A DNA stretch of 64,000 nucleotides from a virus, in the IMG/VR virus record IMGVR_UViG_3300032117_000009, positions 1 to 64,000 of that record. One strand, 5' to 3'. Positions within the stretch are counted from its first letter, which is position 1. Each line of letters begins with the position of its first letter. The position numbers were made by a program, and so were the translations under genes. Positions 7,564 to 18,600 of the stretch are shown here, piece by piece. The notes below the pieces were generated by a model that was given only the letters and a program-made list of their open reading frames with translations, was not told the origin of the DNA and did no database searches.

Positions 7564-7673
7564 GGGAAATACGGTTGGGGAGCTAAGATGCGAAAAGCTC
7601 AACCCAACCGTATCCCCCTACAACCTTAGGTCATTAGGTTGTATTTGGGAAGATGCCGTGGATTCATCTCCCA
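7564..7673 (-). other. three tandem hairpins in an intergenic region
   Basis: Inverted repeats at 7564-7618, 7619-7643 and 7646-7673; outer mismatches of the first are G-U on the minus strand. Confidence 0.55.
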
Positions 7674-7716
7674 TTTACTAAGTTCAAGTATATACTATAT
7701 TTACTTCTTTTTTTAT

Positions 7717-7917
7717 CTACTTGTTGTTTTTGTTAAAATTTTCTACTTTTTTCATAAAGCTAGCCATCCACTTACTGAATTCCATGATTTCATCATAATC
7801 ATCTTCTTTATCAGCATGGCTAACCATAATCATCTTGCCTACCAAAGTTGAATGTTCTTGATTTGACTTGATGTAGTTAAAAATTTTATCTTCCGTTTTC
7901 ATATTACTCCTTACCAT
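7717..7917 (-). CDS. hypothetical protein (66 aa)
   Basis: Coupled to the Rpf gene stop; no family recognised. Confidence 0.55.
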   Translation of the reverse strand: MVRSNMKTEDKIFNYIKSNQEHSTLVGKMIMVSHADKEDDYDEIMEFSKWMASFMKKVENFNKNNK

Positions 7918-8453
7918 GATCCTGAACAGCCATTCTGGTCAGGAGGATTTGGTTGTATTTTTTCAGCAATAATTATTTGCTGATCTATTGTAGCTAAGCC
8001 TGCATTGGGGGCAAATTGCAAACCTCCGTAGGCTACCCACGTTGAGTTTAACATACCCAGACCACCTGAGTAAACACTTCCCTGGTAACTCCAGTCACCA
8101 CCCTCTTCACAAATTGCAACTTTTTGCCAAGCTGCTTCTTCTTCAGGTGTAACTATTGAAGTATTTACCGTTGTTGTCGGTTCTGTTGTTGTGGTTGTTG
8201 TTACCACGGTAGTACTTGTAGTAGTAGAAGCAACTATTGTTGTAGTTGTATCTACAGCAGGCGGTGCTTTTATTACATGCCAAGGTACATGAAGATTATT
8301 TCTATGTACCGAACTCAATAAAATTACTTTGGAATAAGAATGACTTTTGACATTCTGTTCTGGGTTGTTGGCTGTGCTTATAGCTGTGATCCCTATCAGG
8401 GTGGTAAACACAAACGCTAAAAGAACAGTTACCTTAGCGAAAACAAGTCGCAG
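7911..8453 (-). CDS. rpf: secreted resuscitation-promoting-factor (Rpf)-like lytic transglycosylase; probable CTG start
   Basis: C-terminal WQKVAICEEGGDW...YSGGLG...STWVAYGG...QQIIIAEKIQ is the Rpf domain with catalytic Glu; Thr-rich linker; signal-peptide-like N-terminus when extended to CTG at 8453, which has AGGAG 6 nt upstream. Confidence 0.85.
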   Translation of the reverse strand: MRLVFAKVTVLLAFVFTTLIGITAISTANNPEQNVKSHSYSKVILLSSVHRNNLHVPWHVIKAPPAVDTTTTIVASTTTSTTVVTTTTTTEPTTTVNTSIVTPEEEAAWQKVAICEEGGDWSYQGSVYSGGLGMLNSTWVAYGGLQFAPNAGLATIDQQIIIAEKIQPNPPDQNGCSGSW

Positions 8454-8533
8454 TGTTCTCTCCTAACACTTGTCCAATAAAACGTGTGTTAGTCCATAGC
8501 ATCACTCCAATCTCAATGATTAACTTGCTATAT

Positions 8534-8562
8534 ATTATATAGCGATTCTTAGCTGGTTTTAC
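8534..8562 (-). promoter_or_regulatory. sigmaA-like promoter upstream of rpf
   Basis: TATAAT at 8534-8539 with GTAAAA 17 nt upstream (overlapping TTGTAA). Confidence 0.5.
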
Positions 8563-8656
8563 AAAAATTCTGTTTCTTATGATTTTCTTATAAAAAAAGT
8601 GCTTAGAAACTTTGACACGTAGCTGAAAAAGGTGCTGTAATTACAAAACCCCTTCC

Positions 8657-8771
8657 ACTGCAATTATATATATAACATAACGATTACTGATGATTATTTA
8701 TTGATGATTGAATTGATAAATGATAAAAATAAAAAAAATAGTAAATAACTAATTATATATATAATTGCAGT
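8657..8771. repeat. perfect 19-bp inverted repeat flanking an AT-rich TGAT-repeat spacer
   Basis: ACTGCAATTATATATATAA at 8657-8675 and its reverse complement at 8753-8771. Confidence 0.85.
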
Positions 8772-8778
8772 TTGATCC

Positions 8779-10632
8779 TTAGCCAAATAGAAGGCTTTGA
8801 ACAGTAATTTCTTCTTCCAAGCTAACATTTTCATCAACTACCCCACGAATTGCTTCTGCTTCCGCTCTACGCAAAAGAACTTTTCTATCAGTTCTTTCTT
8901 CGATGGTTCCCTTAGCTACTGGACGATAAATCCAAGTATGTGTGATTCCTTTAGAAACAGAATCCCCTCTGTTAATCCTATCTTTGCGTTGTTTATATTC
9001 AGAATATGACCTGGGTACTTCAATATGCCAAAGGTAAGGAGCGTAAAGGTTAAGACCTTCTTGGCCAGCATCAGAGGAAAGAAGGATAGCAGCTCCCTTG
9101 TGGCCATTAAACGTCTTGATGGCATCTTGCTGCTCATCATCACTCATACCAACGCCCCAGATAGCCTGAATAGGAAAGTTACCGTTGTACTTAGCCTTCA
9201 GTGCCCTTAGATAAGGAAATAGAGTGTTGTTGGTCCAATAGCTAAATAAAACAACCTTCTCATCAGCTTCAATCAAAGTGTCAATAGATGCTTCAATCAA
9301 CTGATACTTAGATGAATCTTCAGTTCGATAATCTTTGCCAAATTCATTTACCAATTCTTTCGCCACAAAGCTATCAGAATTGTACATAGCTTCAGGGGTA
9401 TTGCAAAGAACACGAAGAAAATCAACCATACCCCATGCTGCACTACCCATACTTGGGTTATAAGAATTTTTTACGATTTCTTCAGCACGTTCATAAATAT
9501 CTTTCTCTGGGCCAGAGAGTTCAAAAGGAATTTTCTTTGCCATAGACTCTGGGAATTGTCTAGCAATATCAGGATCGCTTTTCATGGCAATATGAGTCCA
9601 CTTTTCATGGCGCTTACCAAGTATAGGAAGCTTTGATTGATCCCATTCCTTTACATAGATATTTTCTACCCATTTGTTACGAAAAATCTCAAACTCTTTG
9701 CCATATTCATATTTGAATTCATTAGGCGTAAGATCAGATACCCCATTAAGATCAGGTACGAGAACGTTAAAAATATTTCTGATATTAAGTGGAGAAGTTT
9801 TATAAGGTGTAGCTGTAAGCCCAAGGCACATAGTAGTTTCAGATCGCTCCAAAAGCATAGAGAAGCCACTAGAGAGAAGATTAGTGTCAGTGTTGATCTT
9901 TTGAGCTTCATCAATAACAATAAAAACACGCTTACCATTGATCATGTCCAGGATTTGCTGCAAATCAGTACGACTCCAATCCTCTGTCTTAGGCTTACCA
10001 CGACCATTGGACTTCATCGTAGCATTACGAATTTTTTCGTAATTAAGGATAAGAACTTGCGAATTGAAACCTTTATAAAAATCATGCCTTTTGGTTCTAT
10101 TCCAATCACCGATAGCTTCAACGGATAGGTGAGTCATGCGAATAAATTCATCACGCCAATCAATGCGCTTAGGCCCACGCTTGCAAAATACAAGCACCAT
10201 ATCAATTTTTCCCTCGGTGAACAATCTTTGAGCAGTCAGGCAACTACAAAGAGTTTTTCCTGCGCCAGTATCCCATTGAACAAGAACCCTAGGCTGTGGT
10301 TGTTGCAAAGCACCCCATATAACGTTAAGCCCAGTATTTTGAAATGGAAATAATTTATGTTCATTAAGGAACGGGCTATCAACTTCATAAACATTTGAAG
10401 CAGCATGATACAACATTTCGTACCTAGCCTGAGATTCACCTTCAAATTCAATTTCCAAACCAAGCTCACGCAAAGCTTTGTCAAATTGAACAATCTTGTC
10501 GTTGTTGATTAGTGAATCGTACTTGTCCAGAAATGGACGCAGCTTTTCAAAATTTTTGTTAAGAGAAGAAAAACGAAGAACACCATTCAACGTTCTGCTC
10601 TCTTCTACAAAAACTGTTTCTTGAATACTCAT
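8779..10632 (-). CDS. SNF2/DEAD-like superfamily 2 helicase
   Basis: DTGAGKT (Walker A), IIDEAQ (Walker B), LTATP, LLSSDAGQEGLNL, QRKDRINR; true start likely ATG at 10632 after GGAGG. Confidence 0.92.
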   Translation of the reverse strand: MSIQETVFVEESRTLNGVLRFSSLNKNFEKLRPFLDKYDSLINNDKIVQFDKALRELGLEIEFEGESQARYEMLYHAASNVYEVDSPFLNEHKLFPFQNTGLNVIWGALQQPQPRVLVQWDTGAGKTLCSCLTAQRLFTEGKIDMVLVFCKRGPKRIDWRDEFIRMTHLSVEAIGDWNRTKRHDFYKGFNSQVLILNYEKIRNATMKSNGRGKPKTEDWSRTDLQQILDMINGKRVFIVIDEAQKINTDTNLLSSGFSMLLERSETTMCLGLTATPYKTSPLNIRNIFNVLVPDLNGVSDLTPNEFKYEYGKEFEIFRNKWVENIYVKEWDQSKLPILGKRHEKWTHIAMKSDPDIARQFPESMAKKIPFELSGPEKDIYERAEEIVKNSYNPSMGSAAWGMVDFLRVLCNTPEAMYNSDSFVAKELVNEFGKDYRTEDSSKYQLIEASIDTLIEADEKVVLFSYWTNNTLFPYLRALKAKYNGNFPIQAIWGVGMSDDEQQDAIKTFNGHKGAAILLSSDAGQEGLNLYAPYLWHIEVPRSYSEYKQRKDRINRGDSVSKGITHTWIYRPVAKGTIEERTDRKVLLRRAEAEAIRGVVDENVSLEEEITVQSLLFG

Positions 10633-10649
10633 TAGAACCTCCGCTAGGA

Positions 10650-10677
10650 AGTATAGCATGGTGCCAATGAGAGTCAA
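10650..10677 (-). promoter_or_regulatory. sigmaA-type promoter for the helicase (TTGACT-N16-TATACT, extended -10)
   Basis: Near-consensus -35 and TGn-10 elements directly upstream of the GGAGG SD. Confidence 0.7.
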
Positions 10678-10680
10678 GCA

Positions 10681-13600
10681 CTAACTAGAAATTATTGTAT
10701 TACTCAAAGTTAAGTTGGCTGGATAATAATTGTTGTTCAAATGAAACATTGGGTGATCACACGGAGCGACCTTAGATATAACTTCGTTTGTCCTTGGATC
10801 TGGGAAATAATCAATGCTTGTTTGTGGCGTATAAGGATTTTGTTGGTAAATAGGTCTTATGAGCAAAGATTTAATGTTTGCGTTTGTTGTATATGATTGA
10901 GCTTTTAAAGTAAAGCTAGTACTACTAGTAGAAAAAGAAGCAAAAGCATATGGATTATTAATAGCAGTTGTAATTGGAAGCCAAGGGCCACCAGAAGATA
11001 AAGCATAGCTCCAGCTAATAGGATGATAAAACGGAGCAAACATTGTTAAATAAAATACTTCGTTAACAGTTGTATCTATTTGCAACAATTCAACATACAA
11101 TTTTTTTATATTGTTTTGTATTGAAGAATAAGGAATTTGTATATCAATCCAATTATTTAAAGGAACTTTTGTTGTTATGCTGTTTAATAAAGTTGGAGAA
11201 CTGTTGCTATCTAATATTCCATAAAGATTTAGCTGATAAGTTCCATTATTAGTATTAGGAAGAAAAATCCTGGCAATGGCTGAGCAACGCATATTAGTTG
11301 TGTCTAGACCAGAAGGGCTAAGCGATATTGGAATTGTTGCTACGCCGTAAGTAGCGTTAGAACTATTTGGAGAAAATTGCCAAACTCCAGTTGCTAAATT
11401 AAATGTAGAAATTTGTGGTAAAGGGGTAATAACATTATAAGAAGTTGAATTCGCTAAACTAGTACCAGTATTTAAATAACCGAGGTTATTATTTGTCATC
11501 ATAACCTGATCAATTGGCATTGGAGAAACCCAATCACTAGTTATTGAAGCTATTTGCAAACCAGTAACTTGATCATAGGATTGAAATGCATTTGTATACA
11601 ACACATTGCCTGTTGCGGTTGCATTATAGCCAAGTGGTTGAGATGCGTTTGAAGAGTTAAACGAAAACGTCATGTTTGTTGACGTAAAAATAGAACCAGA
11701 AGTGCCAGAAGTAGATGGAGTGATAGAGCAATTATCAAAATAATATTCTGTATCATCAATAATTATTTGATTTACTTTATAAAAATTCAATGCAGCCAAT
11801 CCTGCAAAATATGATTTATTCCAGGTTTGATTTATTTGAATTATGTTGTAGTTGTGAATACAAGTTTGAGGGAAGCGCAGAGGTAAATATGAAGGAAGTT
11901 CAGTATCACTAGAAGGACTTTCTGAACCTATTAGAGAAGAAAGAAGGCTAGAGCTAGATGTTGGGTCAACAATAGAAGTTATTGTATTTTGGCTAGGTTC
12001 TGCACTTGTCCCTAATTGAGTTGCGTTTAATTCAGTAAGCGTTACTGGGCTAACAAACTGTTCTTGAGCTGCTCCGGTAACCGTAGTAGGAGATTGAAAA
12101 TTATTTGGTGGCAAAGTCCCAGCAGCAGAATTTGTTTGTATTCCAAAATATTGCTGAGAATTGGTATCTAATAGTTGTTGTTCGATTTGATTAAAATAAT
12201 TAACAACCCAACTTGGAAAAAGTTTTACTGTGCGTTCAATTGATCCACTTGTTAAAGGGTAAACTTCAGGTGACAAATTAGTAAATTCTAATTTAATATA
12301 TCTTGCAGATATAGTTGGCAAACTATAAGTTGCTTTACGTACAGAAATATCTGATTGTAAAGGAATCCATTCTTTTGTTTCGTAATAACCAGATCCAGGA
12401 TTACTTCTTATTGTTGAGCTATATAATGGTGCAAGCAATAAAGCTCTGTAATCACCACGCAAACTTGTTGCAGGGCCATTAGAATTTATAAACAAACGTG
12501 GATTGCTAAAATAACTTTGCATAACTTGTGAGCTTGCAACATCTTGGCGAATCCAAAAATCTTTTATTGTCCCATAAGATGGTGAAGAGCCAGATACGCT
12601 ATTTCCAAGTGTAAATGGTGTATCTGTAGCAAAATTAGAAGAACCAGTTGCAGTGTTACTAGAAGTTAATGAAGAATGGTTATCAACAGTAATTGAGTAA
12701 ATGGGGCTTGAAGTATTAGAAGCGTCATAATTTATAACAATACCATACCAAGGCCAACCAGTAGAATCTTGTGATATTTTTCCAACTGTATTTACTGATA
12801 CTGTTTTGCCATTTATTACTGCAGTAAAAGTTACATTAGTGTTTGTATTTTTAAAATAAATAGCGATGCTATCATTTCCGCCAACTTGTTGATTAAGTAA
12901 TGTATATTGTGTGCTTCCAGTTGGCATAGATGTGTTAGGTGAATATTTAAGACCAATGCTCCAACTTGAGCTACTATTAAAACCAATTGTAGATGGCGTT
13001 AACAATCCATAATTATTTGCATTACCAAAGACTGCGCCAGAACTTGTTGGTGGCAAAATGCCATATGTTTGTTGGCCAACGTTGTTAAATGTTACTAAAT
13101 ATGATGAAGATTTTTGTGTAAGATTTGTTTGCGACCTGCTACAATAAAAAATATCATTAACGGTAGGATCATTAGAATAATAAAGGTTACATTGCACTCC
13201 AGAATACAATGGGTCCATGTACATGCTATCGATAGTTTGTTGTGAGCCTAAATCAACATATAAGTTTACAACTGCATCACCCACTGGTTGGGGGCTAGAT
13301 TTCCAATAACTTGATGTATTCGCCAAAACAGCAGTTCGATCAATTGGGTGTTGAATTTGGCTGGAATCTTTTTGAGTAATTACATAGTTTTCTGTAAGAC
13401 CAAGAGCATTTCTTGATGTAATTACAGCTGTGTTAGGAACTTGATCCCAACTTGTAGCATTTAATTTTAAATCAACATTTCTTAACCAAAATGGGTAACC
13501 ATTGTTAATATTAAAAGGATTTATTTCTTGTGGTCTAAAATTTAATTTGACATTCCTATCAAATCTCAATTCCAACAATGTTGTCCCAATGACTTGGGTT

Positions 13601-14103
13601 TGTATCTCTATATGTACCCATTGAAAATTGCCATTGTTGTATCCACCTAATCCTAAAGTAGTACCACCAACATAATTACCATTAATATCTGTTAACTGAT
13701 TCATTATTCCAGATATAGGATTTTTATAATATACAGACCAATTAGCTGGAACATCGCTAAAATCAAAAGATAAATAATTGAAAAATGTTAAGTTAGAACT
13801 TGTTGGTATTTTCAACTGTAATTGCACAGCAGTTATATCTTTTGACCCCAAAGTGTCAGAAGGAGATACCCAATAATTTTGCTGATTCTTTTTTACTTTT
13901 TTATTGTTAAGCTTTGTAGGACCAGGAGTAGATACTTGTGTTGATTGTGGTGATGGAAAAGTTTGTGATTGTACATTAAGAGAATCAACAGCACCAGTGT
14001 AGGGATATGATTTATTAATAGTAATACCATCAACAGTCATTTCTGGAGAAGATATTGGATCTACATAATCTTTTAATGGGTTCTTATGGTATGGTCTAGG
14101 CAT
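10681..14103 (-). CDS. large baseplate/tail protein (1140 aa) with a LamG/concanavalin-like segment
   Basis: Last gene of the baseplate block; Ser/Thr/Asn-rich; WSIGLKY...FTLGNS...GTIKDFWI resembles a LamG beta-sandwich. Confidence 0.65.
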   Translation of the reverse strand: MPRPYHKNPLKDYVDPISSPEMTVDGITINKSYPYTGAVDSLNVQSQTFPSPQSTQVSTPGPTKLNNKKVKKNQQNYWVSPSDTLGSKDITAVQLQLKIPTSSNLTFFNYLSFDFSDVPANWSVYYKNPISGIMNQLTDINGNYVGGTTLGLGGYNNGNFQWVHIEIQTQVIGTTLLELRFDRNVKLNFRPQEINPFNINNGYPFWLRNVDLKLNATSWDQVPNTAVITSRNALGLTENYVITQKDSSQIQHPIDRTAVLANTSSYWKSSPQPVGDAVVNLYVDLGSQQTIDSMYMDPLYSGVQCNLYYSNDPTVNDIFYCSRSQTNLTQKSSSYLVTFNNVGQQTYGILPPTSSGAVFGNANNYGLLTPSTIGFNSSSSWSIGLKYSPNTSMPTGSTQYTLLNQQVGGNDSIAIYFKNTNTNVTFTAVINGKTVSVNTVGKISQDSTGWPWYGIVINYDASNTSSPIYSITVDNHSSLTSSNTATGSSNFATDTPFTLGNSVSGSSPSYGTIKDFWIRQDVASSQVMQSYFSNPRLFINSNGPATSLRGDYRALLLAPLYSSTIRSNPGSGYYETKEWIPLQSDISVRKATYSLPTISARYIKLEFTNLSPEVYPLTSGSIERTVKLFPSWVVNYFNQIEQQLLDTNSQQYFGIQTNSAAGTLPPNNFQSPTTVTGAAQEQFVSPVTLTELNATQLGTSAEPSQNTITSIVDPTSSSSLLSSLIGSESPSSDTELPSYLPLRFPQTCIHNYNIIQINQTWNKSYFAGLAALNFYKVNQIIIDDTEYYFDNCSITPSTSGTSGSIFTSTNMTFSFNSSNASQPLGYNATATGNVLYTNAFQSYDQVTGLQIASITSDWVSPMPIDQVMMTNNNLGYLNTGTSLANSTSYNVITPLPQISTFNLATGVWQFSPNSSNATYGVATIPISLSPSGLDTTNMRCSAIARIFLPNTNNGTYQLNLYGILDSNSSPTLLNSITTKVPLNNWIDIQIPYSSIQNNIKKLYVELLQIDTTVNEVFYLTMFAPFYHPISWSYALSSGGPWLPITTAINNPYAFASFSTSSTSFTLKAQSYTTNANIKSLLIRPIYQQNPYTPQTSIDYFPDPRTNEVISKVAPCDHPMFHLNNNYYPANLTLSNTIISS

Positions 14104-15617
14104 TAAAGTGCTCCATAAGCTGTTGCCACAATGTTAACTAAAGGCGATAATAATATTTCTTGAGCTGGAATTGGGTTTGAAACAATATAGGTATTTGAAA
14201 TTGGCAATCTATATTGTGATAAAGTTGAATTAAATTGTCCACCTAATTTATTTACCATTTTTTGTAAATATGTTAAATAATCTGATTGACTTGCATATTC
14301 AAAATTATAAAATAATTGAATATTTACAACTGCACCGTTAGAAACTGTGTCTGCCTGATTTCCTGAAAAAACACAACCTGTAAAAGTACTTGAATTATAC
14401 CCAGTATAAGTAAAAGAATAAACCATTCCGCTTGTAGCTGTTAAAGACCCTGTGCCAATTTTTGGAGTTGTAGATGGGATTGTAGAAGAAACGGTCAATG
14501 ATGTAAGTGCAGAAAGAGCAGAAGTGGAACTAAGATTTGTAGTAGTTGTATAAATGCTATAATGATTTGGATCTCCAAAATACTTTCCATCAGGAAAATT
14601 ATCTGGGCTATCTGCTAATCCAACTGAAATCCAATTGCCGTAATTTGTTCCACCTTGTACGTTTCTTTGAGTGCCTGGAGAACCAATTGGCTGTATTTGC
14701 GTCAAATCATTTGGTTGAGGATAAATAAAAGTTGTAACAGTAGCAACATTTGGGGAAAGGTCAATACTTTCTTCAGAAGCTCTTCTATGAGCAAAAATTG
14801 GAGCTACTGTTGTTTGACTTGGATTAAGCCAATATTGCGTTGGAAAAACAGATTGATTAATTGGATTTACAGTTGGGTTTACTGCACCAGTAGTTACATA
14901 CTTATCAAATTCAAACCATTCACTATCAGAAACTGTTTGTCTAATCGATGTTGCAATTTCGCCAGAATTGGCAGAAGAATAAACATTAACAATAGAATTG
15001 CTCGGCATTAGTAAATCTACCATTTCAGCAACAGCACTAATTTGATCTTGTGTTAAAATATTATCGCCAAAAGGAATAATAACAAATTCTGTTGGAGAGC
15101 TTGTATTAAAATTAAGTGCAGGGCTTTGCGTACTAGTATTTAAATTATATTTCCATTGTTCTACAATTCTTACTCTACAGCCCAATATGGCTTCAGCTAA
15201 CAAAGTAACGCCTAAAACAGTTGCTCCACTATTAATAGCTGTGAGCATAAGAGAAAGCCGTTCTCTGAATGCAGTATCGCCAAGTCCAATTGCATCCCAA
15301 GAAGATCTGGGAAGCTGGTCTGTGTAAGGGTCTGGATTGTTTATTAAATTATATTGCTCTTTTGGCAATCTATAAGTATTCAACAAAGAGCCAACAATAT
15401 CATCTAAATCACTGAATTCAATACCGTTGAGATTTTGTGTTATTAAAGCAGAAGTTTGTACCAGGTTAAGCTGCCCAGTACCGGAATCTCCTAAAAGAGT
15501 TTTAAGAAGAGTATATAATTTATCGGTTGGGTAAAGATTATATATAGTTTCGGGGAAATTAGAAACCTTTTTAAGGAAGTCTCTATCAACTACTACAGGA
15601 ACAATATTCCCAGCCAT
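14103..15617 (-). CDS. baseplate wedge protein
   Basis: Follows baseplate J; FRERLSLMLTAINSGATVLGVTLLAEAILG is typical of the tail protein I/gp7-like wedge partner. Confidence 0.65.
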   Translation of the reverse strand: MAGNIVPVVVDRDFLKKVSNFPETIYNLYPTDKLYTLLKTLLGDSGTGQLNLVQTSALITQNLNGIEFSDLDDIVGSLLNTYRLPKEQYNLINNPDPYTDQLPRSSWDAIGLGDTAFRERLSLMLTAINSGATVLGVTLLAEAILGCRVRIVEQWKYNLNTSTQSPALNFNTSSPTEFVIIPFGDNILTQDQISAVAEMVDLLMPSNSIVNVYSSANSGEIATSIRQTVSDSEWFEFDKYVTTGAVNPTVNPINQSVFPTQYWLNPSQTTVAPIFAHRRASEESIDLSPNVATVTTFIYPQPNDLTQIQPIGSPGTQRNVQGGTNYGNWISVGLADSPDNFPDGKYFGDPNHYSIYTTTTNLSSTSALSALTSLTVSSTIPSTTPKIGTGSLTATSGMVYSFTYTGYNSSTFTGCVFSGNQADTVSNGAVVNIQLFYNFEYASQSDYLTYLQKMVNKLGGQFNSTLSQYRLPISNTYIVSNPIPAQEILLSPLVNIVATAYGAL

Positions 15618-18600
15618 TAGAAATCACTCTGGCTTCTTGTATAGACATTTACTCTAAACAATTGTGGGAGCATATCAGCTTGTAACAAAACATCTCCTGT
15701 ATAAGTTTTAGTAACAATAATATCTCTAAAATCTACATTGCTAGCTGATCCTTGAACAATATCTTGTATTGCGTCGTAATAAGTATAAGGAGCAACCAAC
15801 TGTATTCCATAATAACTGCTAGAATCTGTTGTGGTTGCAATACGAGCATTTGTAACGCCTTGTATAGATAAGGCATTTGAAATAATTGAAGAAATCTGTA
15901 CTGGTTGATAAAAAGACAAACTATTTAAATATGTAGTCATCTTGGTATTAATATTTGACGTTACGGTTGAAGCAGAAACTGAACCATCAAGAACAACAAC
16001 AAGGTTTATCATTATAGGTTGAAAATTAGCTAAATGCGTCATGGTGCTAACGCCAAGAAGTCTTTGCTGTTGGATAAGATTATCAGTTGAAGTAACATCT
16101 GAATCTACATAATATTGTAAGTTAAATAATTGATCACCATTAGAAATTGTTGGAGTTTGACAAAAACGATATATTGTAGCGGTAATAGAACCAGTTGAAG
16201 TTGCAGCTTGGCTCATAGTAAAACCTACTCCAGGAACAACAGATTGAATTCGTGTATTCATGCTAGTACTAGATGGAATAGCTGTTCCACCAGTTACTAT
16301 TTGCCCAACGTCTAATAATGTCAAAGACGAACTCGTATCAGTAATAAAATTTGATCCAGATGTTGTGCCAACTGTTTCTGTTCGTGAAGAATATGAAGTT
16401 TGTCTAATACAAATTCCGTTCATTGCTTGTGGGCTACCAGCAGTTATTGTATTGTCATAAATTGGATAAAAATCAGAATTAATAATTACATTGTTGTAAG
16501 TTCCAGTAACTCCAGCAGATTGGCTTAATGTAACAATATTGCTAGATCTTGAGTAATTATTAATAGTTGGAATTGAAGAAAAAACACTAGATTCTGGTAT
16601 ATCAACGTTTTGTTTGTAATATACAGGATACATTTGAGTCTTTGGAACAATGCCAGTTGTTGAGCCAGATGTTAAACCTATTTTAATTGTAGGCTCAGAG
16701 CCACCGATTGGCCCACTATATGCTTGCAATTTAGAATGATTGCCATTAGCTTGACTTAAAAGAAGTTCCTGTGGATATATTCCATAAACAGGTTGTACAA
16801 CAGGTTGTTGACTAAAAATGTAATAAATATCTCCAACGACTGGTTGTGTTACTCCATCGCCAAGAACCCAATTTGATTTATTTGAAGAAGTAATTAATCC
16901 ACTGCTGCCAGGTGTTAAATTAGTACCTGAAGCATTCAAAGTTACATCTTCAGAAATCAATTGAGCATTAATACCATCAATAACAATATCTACATAATTA
17001 CTATTTATTGACCAACTTGAACTGCCAGCATTGTAAACTGGTTGATTTCTTGAAGCTAAAGAAACATAATAATACGTAAAAGATACAATGCTGCCAGGAT
17101 AAAGCCAAGAATAATTATTACCATTTGAAAAATATATTGATAATGAAGCTATAGTTATAACATTTCCTAAAGGAGATGCTGTACCATTTGTAAAAATGGC
17201 AGGGGTTACTACATAAGTATAATCAGTTGAAGGCGAAGCAGTTTGTATTAAACCATTAGAATTGGTTCCTTGAATTGCTTCAAGTCCTTGAGGATAAAAA
17301 TATTGTGAATCAGGTATTGACGTTGTAATGAAAGTAGAGAATGTATATGGGTTTGTAACCTGGAACAATAATTGAATTCCAGCTCCACCAAAACCTGCAG
17401 ACATTGAATTGTTTATTGTAAAATAGTTCCCACCAAAATAACCGCTTGTTATTACATAAGAATTTGCTGGAACGTTTGGTCCGTAAACATAAGAACCTAT
17501 ATCAGGGGGGTAAAGAGTAGAAGTGTCTCCAATTTGTGCTGGTGTTCCGCCTGACCAACTTACCACAGATCCACTATCAATTCTGCCGAACATAAATGTT
17601 AAGTTTGTATCTAATGGTTTTGCAAAATTAAAATTGCAATAAGCTAATTGGTTTATTGTGCCAAGTAAACCAGAAGGTACTGACCAAAATGCATTTGCGC
17701 CAGTGCCATTTAATGAAGCAAAATTAAAAGAAAGATATTGATTAACAGTACTAACATTTACTGGTGTTCCGCCAGTTACAATTGCTGAATAGGTGAAAAA
17801 ATCTATATACATAGCTTGTGTATAGCCATTTGCATTGTTATTTTGTGTGACAATGCATTGATACCCATATTGCTTTAAAACATAATTAAATGCTGTTTGG
17901 ACATTACCTATAAAAGTTGCTGCTGTTGAATTGTAATTAGCAGTATAAGATGCAGAAGTGCCGTTTGGCGAAGTATATGTTACAGTAAAGCTTCCACCAG
18001 TTGCAGTAACATATAAGTTTGCTGTGTTATAAATTGGGATTAAACTAACAAGTTGTTGTATATCATTAATGATTGGTCCATTAAAAGCATAATTTAAATT
18101 GTTTTGTAATTGCTGAACTGTTGTAAGAGTTGGGTCATAATTGTTTGTTAATAAACTATTTGTTGTTGCAGGTATGCAAAACGTTATTGGTGCAGGAATG
18201 GTAGCGTTTGCCCCTGGGCTAATTGTAGTAGTTTGAGAAGTTGTGATAGTTGTCGTACCGTCAGAATTTGAAGTAATCGTATTAACAATCGCTAACATTG
18301 TTAAAGGAATATATATCGTTGGATTATTAATAGTTCCAGAAACAATATTCATACCAGGATAAATACCATTTGAATTAGTTCCAGATGGCAAAACAATTGT
18401 TATAACAGAACTTGAGCCAGAACCTGTAACTGTCCAGGTGGCATTAACGGTAACAGAAGCATATGGTTGAAATTTATGATAACTTTGAATATACCCAGCA
18501 CCATTGTTAGATGTTAAAGAACTTGACGTATATTTGCTTGCAATTTTTAATTGTGTTTGAATTTGCAAATGCTCAGTATTTTGTTCCTGTGGTCCTAAAA

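Noticed and set aside
8454-8530. c-di-AMP (ydaO) riboswitch upstream of rpf, as in Streptomyces rpfA
   Set aside because: The leader is only about 75 nt and lacks the ydaO conserved elements; only a simple SD-overlapping hairpin is seen.
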